Part shown: positions 17,714 to 24,600 of the stretch, in pieces
How the letters are laid out: every line of letters begins with the position of its first letter
Position numbering within the stretch: position 1 is the first letter of the stretch
Source: Pseudomonadota bacterium
GTDB taxonomy: Bacteria; Bdellovibrionota; FAC87; UBA2466
Assembly (NCBI GenBank): GCA_043718025.1
Contig: JAYSWN010000146.1
Location: 1 to 24,600, forward strand
DNA length: 24,600 nt
Reading direction: 5' to 3'
Notes under the pieces: generated by a model
The model's database searches: none
What the model saw: the letters and a program-made list of their open reading frames with translations, nothing else
What the model was told of the DNA's origin: nothing
Program-made: the position numbers and the translations under genes

Positions 17714-18790
17714 ATGACACGCCAATTGGAATCAAACCAACGAAAAACCGAAGAGATTTTAGCCATCACCTCAGTTCGGGGATTGGCCTCCTTTTGGGTT
17801 TTGCTTTTTCACCTATCGGGAATCTTGCGCCAAATTCTTCCCGAGTTGAGTTTTGCCAACCCGTTAATCCTTCAAGGCCATTTGGCTGTTCCTTTTTTCT
17901 TCATACTAAGCGGGTACATCTTGGCGCTGCGGTACCGTCTGACCATCAAGACCGTTCCTCGAAGACACCTATTCAAGTTCTGGGGGCTTCGATTGGGTCG
18001 CATATATCCTGTTCATTTACTTACCCTATTGGTGAGTCTTCTCTTGGTGGCCCGGCGAGGATGGCCTTCCGGTCCCGGCCATTCACCTCAAGTATTCATC
18101 GCAAATCTCCTGCTGGTCCACGCCTGGTCACCCACTTTTAACTTGAGCTGGAATTATCCAGCTTGGTCGGTGAGCTCCGAATGGTTTGCCTACCTTTTAT
18201 GTCCCTGGCTGTTTGTCTTCTTGCAAACCGCCAAAGAAAAAGTCGTGAGGCTCTGGTTGTTGCTCGCCTTTCTGGCGGCAATCCTGACTCAAGTCATGGA
18301 ATATACTTTTTTCCGCGGGCTGTTGGTAGTCATTCCCACTTTTTCGGGGGGAGCTTTCATGGCGACACTCCACTCGAATTTGAAAGAAAAAAAACCCTCA
18401 CGTATTCGCCTTGGCTTTCCGTTGCTCTTTTCTTTTTTTCTAATTCCGTTCTGTTTTTCAGATAACAGTCTTGTTACGGCATTATACGTTGTTTTTTCAT
18501 TCGTACTCGTTGCGGAGCTGGGAAAACAGCCGCGGAGAGACTTCGGTGCCCTACGCAGCAAAACTCTCGTCTACCTTGGGGATATTTCCTATTCCCTTTA
18601 CCTCACCCATGCCATCACCATAACTCTGCTGACCCGATTTTTTCCGTTCGAGAAATTTATGAAGGCAGATCTTTTAATTCGACTGCTCCTTAGCCTGGGA
18701 ACTTTGGCCGCCATTTTGTCCGTGGCCTCAATAGTTTTTCACTCCTTTGAAAAACCGATCCGCGATGGAATTAGGCGGCGCCTAGCCTGA
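17714..18790 (+). CDS. Acyltransferase family 3 (membrane O-acyltransferase)
   Basis: ITSVRGLASFWVLLFH, GHLAVPFFFILSGYIL, RLGRIYPVH, WNYPAWSVSSEWFAY, LGDISYSLYLTH and FEKP. Confidence 0.93.
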   Translation: MTRQLESNQRKTEEILAITSVRGLASFWVLLFHLSGILRQILPELSFANPLILQGHLAVPFFFILSGYILALRYRLTIKTVPRRHLFKFWGLRLGRIYPVHLLTLLVSLLLVARRGWPSGPGHSPQVFIANLLLVHAWSPTFNLSWNYPAWSVSSEWFAYLLCPWLFVFLQTAKEKVVRLWLLLAFLAAILTQVMEYTFFRGLLVVIPTFSGGAFMATLHSNLKEKKPSRIRLGFPLLFSFFLIPFCFSDNSLVTALYVVFSFVLVAELGKQPRRDFGALRSKTLVYLGDISYSLYLTHAITITLLTRFFPFEKFMKADLLIRLLLSLGTLAAILSVASIVFHSFEKPIRDGIRRRLA

Positions 18791-18852
18791 TCAACTGAAT
18801 TTTAGGCACCGGCCATTGTGAAAAGTGGGGGTTGGTGTTCTACTGTTCAAAT

Positions 18853-19578
18853 ATGAAAACAATTGCTCGCGGGTTTTTGGCCCTGCCTTTTCTCTGGTTT
18901 CTGATGGGGTGTTCCAAAACCCGTTCTACCGCCATCGCGACTAGCGAAATCTACGCAACCTATAGTGTAGCCGGAAATTCTGCCGACCAGCTAACCTGTT
19001 CGGCCGTCTTTCAAGTCGGCGGAGGTACCGGCACCTATATTGAAATGGACGGTGAAGACACCGCCATTTGTAGCAATGGCACCACTGAAGTGACGTTAAA
19101 TAAGACCACTGATTTTCTGGGAATAGTTGAGTATTCGACCACCTCTCTGGCCTACGATGCCGCCAAAACTTACACCCTAACCTTTAAGCGAAAAGCCGGC
19201 GAAACCCATGCGGCCAATGCCACCCTCCCCCCCGCGGTTGTCATCAACTCCCCGGCGGCGGCTTCGGAACAGACCAAGGGAGCAATATTAAACTTCACTT
19301 TTACCGCCGCCACCAGCAGCGCAATTGACGCCACTCTGTCTTGGTCAACCTCCGGTAAAAACGGTTCTACTGGGCACGCGCTAACCGAAAGTGGAATTGG
19401 CGCCTTTTCTGCCACAGAAACAAAGACACTGGACAGCAAGGGGGCAACGGTAAGTGGAAATATTTCGGGCACAATTAAGATAGAACGCAGCTTAACCGGC
19501 ACTTTTCCTTCCACCCTCAAGGGCGGTATCATTCGTGGCAGACAGCAAGCCACGCGGGCAATCACTTTAGTCGACTAA
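18853..19578 (+). CDS. Hypothetical lipoprotein, Thr/Ser-rich and beta-rich
   Basis: MKTIARGFLALPFLWFLMGC lipobox. Start moved to ATG 18853. Confidence 0.82.
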   Translation: MKTIARGFLALPFLWFLMGCSKTRSTAIATSEIYATYSVAGNSADQLTCSAVFQVGGGTGTYIEMDGEDTAICSNGTTEVTLNKTTDFLGIVEYSTTSLAYDAAKTYTLTFKRKAGETHAANATLPPAVVINSPAAASEQTKGAILNFTFTAATSSAIDATLSWSTSGKNGSTGHALTESGIGAFSATETKTLDSKGATVSGNISGTIKIERSLTGTFPSTLKGGIIRGRQQATRAITLVD

Positions 19579-19682
19579 GGTAGCGCTTGCCGCTACGCGC
19601 CACTGCATTAACGACAAGAAGTGTTAATATCACTTGCCCTTTTTTTCATTCACCAAAAAAATAATCAATCGAGGAGAAATCG

Positions 19683-20534
19683 ATGCGCGATCTAATGCTG
19701 AAATTGTTGTTTGTGGTTTGCCTGAGCCTTACCGGATGTGCCAGTAAGTGGGCGCAGCGTCCAGAAGTGGACGGGGTTAAAAAAATTGCCGTGGTCAGCG
19801 TCTTTACCGGAGTAGAGATCAAAGGCGATCGTGGCAGCAAATCAACCGGTAATGAAGCGGCCGCGATTAACAACATGTTGGGCAAGCAGAGCCCTGAGTC
19901 TGATTGGAGAATTCGCCTGGTGACGTTTACGGCCAAGGCTTACTCCGACGCGTTTACCGCGGCCGGTTGGCAAGTGACGCCCATTGAAGCCGTGGCAAAA
20001 AATTCCGCTTATCAAAAAGCGGCGACGCCACCATCGACCGGTAACGATACGCTGAATGCGGTGGTTGGTTTCTTGGGCAAAATAGCCCAACGCAACTACG
20101 TAACTATTCCGGGCACCCAAGCCATTGACCTTACCGCCGACAAGGACCGGGAGAGTAAAGGAACCTTCAGCCTTACCAGCGGAAATAAGACCATCCTGAA
20201 ACTAAAGGACTTGGCCCAATCATTGGGAGTGGACGCGGTTGCGGTGATCGAGGTGCGTAGCTCGTTCGATGAAAGCGGATGGACCTGGGGAACCGGCCAC
20301 CGAAGCGTTCGCCCAGAAGCGGCAAGCCGCCTGGACATCATCAACAAGGATGGCGACTATGCCGTTCGCACGCCCGCGATGAAGGAAATGCAGAAATTTG
20401 AAGCGAACGAGTCGATTTACATCAAAGACGGCAAGATGGATTTGAGTAATAAGAGTGAAAACCTATTTCGCCAAGCCATCGAGAAAAGTGTGACCGCCAA
20501 CATGACCCGCATTCGTACCGAAATGAAGAACTAA
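19683..20534 (+). CDS. Hypothetical lipoprotein, possible LpoB/CsgG/TolB-N-like alpha-beta fold
   Basis: GAGGAG RBS and lipobox LTGC. VKKIAVVSV and LAQSLGVDAVAVI match the pattern of that fold group (by eye). Confidence 0.8.
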   Translation: MRDLMLKLLFVVCLSLTGCASKWAQRPEVDGVKKIAVVSVFTGVEIKGDRGSKSTGNEAAAINNMLGKQSPESDWRIRLVTFTAKAYSDAFTAAGWQVTPIEAVAKNSAYQKAATPPSTGNDTLNAVVGFLGKIAQRNYVTIPGTQAIDLTADKDRESKGTFSLTSGNKTILKLKDLAQSLGVDAVAVIEVRSSFDESGWTWGTGHRSVRPEAASRLDIINKDGDYAVRTPAMKEMQKFEANESIYIKDGKMDLSNKSENLFRQAIEKSVTANMTRIRTEMKN

Positions 20535-20542
20535 TACGACCT

Positions 20543-20572
20543 GATTCGCCCCCGGTTAAACGGGGGCGAATC
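20543..20572. terminator. Hairpin between convergent genes, putative bidirectional terminator
   Basis: GATTCGCCCCCG / GTTAAA loop / CGGGGGCGAATC forms a perfect 12-bp stem between the stops at 20534 and 20578. U-tracts are weak. Confidence 0.7.
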
Positions 20573-20577
20573 TACGA

Positions 20578-23500
20578 TTACGAATTACGACTTAAAAAAA
20601 ACACTTCAACGACGTGGCCCAAACCGTCGTCAAGAAGCCTAATGGTGCAATCATCCTGTTGGACTCCGTCCACGATCACCTTTATTTTTTCGCGGTTAGA
20701 CGGCACCAATTTGATATCGTAAAAAGTTTCACGGAAGCGATAACGAATTTCGAACTCTTTCCACTCTTTGGGCACCACGGGGGCGAACGAAAGTTTGTCG
20801 ACATCTAACTTTAAGCCCAGAAGGGATTCGAGAATTAAACGGTACATCCAGCCCGCCGAGCCCGTGTACCACGTCCAACCGCCACGTCCACCGTGCGGAG
20901 AAACCGCGTAAACGTCAGCCGCCACTACGTAGGGCTCCACCCGATACGTCTGTACCTTTTCCGGGGAGTTACCATGATTCAGCGGATTGATGAGATTGAG
21001 TAGCTCCCAGGCTTTGCCCTCATCGCCCAAAGCGGCGAAGGCCATCACGGTCCAAATGGCGGCGTGCGTGTATTGCCCGCCATTTTCTCTAACCCCGGGC
21101 ACGTACCCCTTAATGTAACCAGGATTCTGATTCGTTTTATCGAACGGTGGATCAAAGAGCTTGATGATCCCCTTTTTTCTATCGACGAGGCGATCGTTAA
21201 CCGCCTCCATTCCCTTAAGGGCTCGGTCGGGGCGAGCCGCGGCCGAAAGGATGGCCCAGCTTTGCGGAATAGAATCGATCTGGCACTCCGTATTCAATTT
21301 AGACCCCATGGGTTCGCCGTTATCGAAATAAGCACGGCGGTACCACTCGCCATCCCAGCCGTTGGTCTCGATATTTTCTTGAAGCTTACGCGCTTCGCTG
21401 ACGCAGGATTCGGCAAACGCCGAATCACCGTGGGATCTTGCCACGATTTCGAACTGCCGCAAAACGTCGTAAAGAAAAAACGCCAGCCAAACGCTCTCGC
21501 CTTCACCGTGAGTGCCGACCAGATTCATTCCGTCATTCCAATCACCGCAACCCATTAAGGGAAGGCCGTGTCGGCCAAACTTAAGTCCGTAACGAATGGC
21601 GCGCACACAATGCTCATACAGGGTTGCCGACTCATCCGAACGAAGGGGAAGATCGCTATACGCCTCCTCATCCAAATTCACTTGGCGGCCTTCGATGAAG
21701 TGGATACGGGTGTTGAGGACGCCGGTGTCGCCGGTGCTTGAAACATAACGGCAAGCGGCAAGTGGCAACCAGAGATAGTCGTCGGAGAAACGGGTACGTA
21801 CTCCCCGGCCCGAGGGAGGATGCCACCAATGCTGAACGTCGCCCTCACGAAATTGCCTTTCCGCACAGCGAAGAATGTGCTCGCGTAGCAACCGCGGTTC
21901 GGCGTGGAGCAACGCCATCGCGTCTTGCAACTGGTCGCGAAAACCAAAAGCGCCACCCGACTGGTAGTAACCACTGCGCGCCCAGATGCGGCTCGCCAGC
22001 ACCTGATAAATCAGCCAACCATTCGCCAAAATATTTACGGCGAGATCCGGCGTCTTGACCTGAACGGCCCCAACGGCCCGGTCCCAATGCTGTTTCACCT
22101 GCACCAACGCCTGGTTCGCTACGGCGGGATTACCAAAGCGGCGAATGAGGGTGTTCGCGTCTTCAAGATTGCGCGACATGCCAAGAATGAAAACAAGTTC
22201 GCGCTCTTCACCGTCGGCGAGATCAAAATTGGCCTGCATGGCGGCGCACGCATCAAGCGCCGCCCCCACCTTGCCGGAGAGATGTGTTCTCTGCATTGCC
22301 GCCGGATTGGATAGATGGCGGTTTCGCCCCAAGAACTCGCTGCGATCACAAGTGAAAGTACGATTTAGCTCGCTCACGTTGAAGAAACCGATTCGGCCGC
22401 CGAATTCAAGGTGATACGGGTTTCGCACAAAAACGGCCGCACTGCCGGAAAATGTCTCGCTCACCACATGCATTAGCGACTTCGCCCGCAGTTCGCCAAG
22501 TACCCACTCAACGTAACCCGTTACCGACAAGCGCCTTGAGCGACCGGAGCAATTCTTTATCTTGATTAGCGCCATCTTCACCGGCGCATCAATGGCCACA
22601 AACGTGGTGAGCGATGAGTGAATGCCTCGGTAGTTAAGTTCAAAAACCGAGTAACCAAATCCATGTCGGGTTAAGTAGGTAGCGTCGGCGCGTGCCGGCA
22701 ACGGCGTGGGGGACCAGAAATCGCCAGACTCTTCGTCGCGCAAGTAAAAAGCTTCGCCCGAACTATCGGTGAGAGCGTCGTTCATCCACGGCGTAAGTCG
22801 GAATTCATGGGCGTTCTCACACCAGGTATAGGCGGACCCGCTTTCAGAAACCACGGTGCCAAAATGCTTGTTGGCAATAACGTTGGACCACGGGGCGGGG
22901 GTGCGGTGCGAAGACGAGGTGGTAATTAAGTATTCGCGGCCGTCTTGCGAAAAACCACCCAGCCCATTGGCGAAAAGAAGTTCAGCCGTCGCCGGCGGCG
23001 CCAATTCAAATTCCCGGGTAACGGGTGCCGTGGAAACAAAAGCCGGCGGAAGTGACCCCGGCCGGGTTCTGCGCTCGATCTGATTGGCCAGAGTATCGCC
23101 GCTATCGGTAATGATGGCGCGGGCCACCGTCTGCAATAAAATGCGATCTTCTTCCGACATCTGATCAGCTCGCCGAACAAAAATACCGCCCGGGCGATCA
23201 ATCCGATGGGCGTCTACTCCGGCCGAAATTAGGGAATTGATCTGTTCTTGCAGGGCCTGCCGGTAGCCGGTGTCGTCTTCATTCCAGATCACGAGATCTA
23301 CGGTTAGGCCCATCATGCGCCAATAGCCGTGAGCCTGAACCAGCTGGCGTACAATATCGGATTGCTGCCGGCTTCCCACGCGCAGAAGAACGATGGGAAA
23401 ATCGCCAGAGATACCATGTCCCCACAATCCCGACTGACCACGCCGGTTCTTTTGCAGAACACTAGTGCTGGCGCGGCGCGTGGGATTGGCGTAAACGATC

Positions 23501-24600
23501 GAACTCGCCAGCCGACCATAAAGCTGGGCGTCACTCTCGTCGATATTGAGCTGTCTCAAAACGACTTGACGATGAGTCCACGCCAGCTCAAACACGCGAT
23601 CCGCCTGATGTCGGTCACGGTACTTCTCGGCTAAAAACAAAGCCCTTTCCCGATCGGGCGCAATACCAAGCGCCATATGCGTGCGAACGGTCTGTTCTGG
23701 TTCTATAACAAAGCGCTGTTTAATTGAAACGATCGGATCGAGAACCGATCCTTGATGTCCCGCAAACGCTTCCGATCCCATCGCCAGCGGAGAATTTACC
23801 GAACCGCCACGTCCAACAAATTGGGCGCGATCCGTTTCATAAGTAGGTTCGCCCACGGCGCCGCTGTGAGTTGTCATCACATGCAACAAAACCGGCGTCT
23901 TTTCGCTTTCAGATCGGGCCCTTCGGCTGCACAAGATCACTTGTTTGTCCGGCAAAATCTCCGTCTGCACAAATAGATTACTAAATGCCGGATGCGCCTC
24001 ATCCGCTGCCTGAGGAACCAACGCCACTTCAGCGTAAGTGGTAATCTCGATGAATCGCTTTGTTGACGAGAGATTGGTAACACTGAAGCGGCGAATTTCA
24101 ACGTCATCCTCAGGAGAAATCGTGATCTCGGTGTGTGTTTCTAACTCATGGTCCCGTCTACGGAACTCGGCTCTGGATTGCGGAAAAATTGCCTCGTAGT
24201 GGTCAGCCTCTTTGAGTGACGGCTGATGAGCCGCCGACCAATAGTGGCCGCTGTCCAAATCCCGAAGGTAACAAAACGTACCCCAGGCATCGGCGGTGGG
24301 GTCTTCGCGCCATCGAGTAAGGGCGAGGCCGTTCCACTGGCTGTAGCCGCCTCCGGAATTGGTTAGAGCTACTGAGTAGCGGCCGTTCGACAGCAGGTGA
24401 ACTTCGGGTCGGGGGGTATGGGGTGTATTAATCACCCGCAGAAAAACTTTTCGATCACCGTTCTCCCGGTGCTCCAGCGACACCTCAGGTGCGTGGGGGT
24501 ATATGGTGGCAATTTTTGGTACTCTTTCGTGAAGCAATAATTCGGTGGCTTTGAATTGCGGGTCAGAAAGAAAACGCTTTTGCATTTTTTTATCAAGCAG
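20578..24600 (-). CDS. ndvB: Cyclic beta-1,2-glucan synthase (Cgs/NdvB/ChvB type), C-terminal GH94 part, 5' end outside the window
   Basis: Two GH94 beta-sandwich modules (LLSNGRY..; TPAPWSNVIAN), YYQSGGAFGFRDQLQD, GDWNDGMN, RENGGQYTHAA and GGWTWYTGSAGW. The frame stays open to the edge (LLDKK-MQKRF..ELLLHERVP), so 24585 is an internal Met. Confidence 0.93.
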   Translation of the reverse strand: MLDKKMQKRFLSDPQFKATELLLHERVPKIATIYPHAPEVSLEHRENGDRKVFLRVINTPHTPRPEVHLLSNGRYSVALTNSGGGYSQWNGLALTRWREDPTADAWGTFCYLRDLDSGHYWSAAHQPSLKEADHYEAIFPQSRAEFRRRDHELETHTEITISPEDDVEIRRFSVTNLSSTKRFIEITTYAEVALVPQAADEAHPAFSNLFVQTEILPDKQVILCSRRARSESEKTPVLLHVMTTHSGAVGEPTYETDRAQFVGRGGSVNSPLAMGSEAFAGHQGSVLDPIVSIKQRFVIEPEQTVRTHMALGIAPDRERALFLAEKYRDRHQADRVFELAWTHRQVVLRQLNIDESDAQLYGRLASSIVYANPTRRASTSVLQKNRRGQSGLWGHGISGDFPIVLLRVGSRQQSDIVRQLVQAHGYWRMMGLTVDLVIWNEDDTGYRQALQEQINSLISAGVDAHRIDRPGGIFVRRADQMSEEDRILLQTVARAIITDSGDTLANQIERRTRPGSLPPAFVSTAPVTREFELAPPATAELLFANGLGGFSQDGREYLITTSSSHRTPAPWSNVIANKHFGTVVSESGSAYTWCENAHEFRLTPWMNDALTDSSGEAFYLRDEESGDFWSPTPLPARADATYLTRHGFGYSVFELNYRGIHSSLTTFVAIDAPVKMALIKIKNCSGRSRRLSVTGYVEWVLGELRAKSLMHVVSETFSGSAAVFVRNPYHLEFGGRIGFFNVSELNRTFTCDRSEFLGRNRHLSNPAAMQRTHLSGKVGAALDACAAMQANFDLADGEERELVFILGMSRNLEDANTLIRRFGNPAVANQALVQVKQHWDRAVGAVQVKTPDLAVNILANGWLIYQVLASRIWARSGYYQSGGAFGFRDQLQDAMALLHAEPRLLREHILRCAERQFREGDVQHWWHPPSGRGVRTRFSDDYLWLPLAACRYVSSTGDTGVLNTRIHFIEGRQVNLDEEAYSDLPLRSDESATLYEHCVRAIRYGLKFGRHGLPLMGCGDWNDGMNLVGTHGEGESVWLAFFLYDVLRQFEIVARSHGDSAFAESCVSEARKLQENIETNGWDGEWYRRAYFDNGEPMGSKLNTECQIDSIPQSWAILSAAARPDRALKGMEAVNDRLVDRKKGIIKLFDPPFDKTNQNPGYIKGYVPGVRENGGQYTHAAIWTVMAFAALGDEGKAWELLNLINPLNHGNSPEKVQTYRVEPYVVAADVYAVSPHGGRGGWTWYTGSAGWMYRLILESLLGLKLDVDKLSFAPVVPKEWKEFEIRYRFRETFYDIKLVPSNREKIKVIVDGVQQDDCTIRLLDDGLGHVVEVFFLSRNS

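Noticed and set aside
21064..23976. Several 60-164 aa ORFs overlapping the GH94 gene
   Set aside because: Shadow or out-of-frame ORFs within a well-conserved CDS.
20578..24585. Stand-alone 1335-aa GH94 phosphorylase starting at 24585
   Set aside because: The frame is open to the window edge and MQKRF is an internal segment of Cgs/NdvB proteins.

Overview
Bacterial accessory-type region rich in orphan exported proteins. The gene content resembles predatory Bdellovibrionota-like genomes, but that is inference only. Recognisable genes are a DCC/DUF393 thiol-disulfide protein, a SOUL heme-binding protein, a Ski2/HelY-like DUF3516 helicase, a DUF2490 beta-barrel, two acyltransferase-3 proteins, three lipoproteins (one with four planctomycete-style dockerin loops) and the 3' part of a cyclic beta-1,2-glucan synthase (GH94) that runs off the right edge. 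Three observations stand out. (1) A RAYT-type HUH/Y1 transposase is bracketed by perfect 34-bp inverted repeats, each containing a 16-bp palindrome, and the repeat core recurs as a tandem pair 9.4 kb away. (2) An 857-aa signal-peptide protein carries EarP-like (GT-B) motifs. (3) Four unrelated exported orphans share a C-x3-[LM] motif, which in three of them is the only Cys. A second palindromic repeat type lies at about 17.4-17.6 kb. No rRNA, tRNA or CRISPR array was seen.
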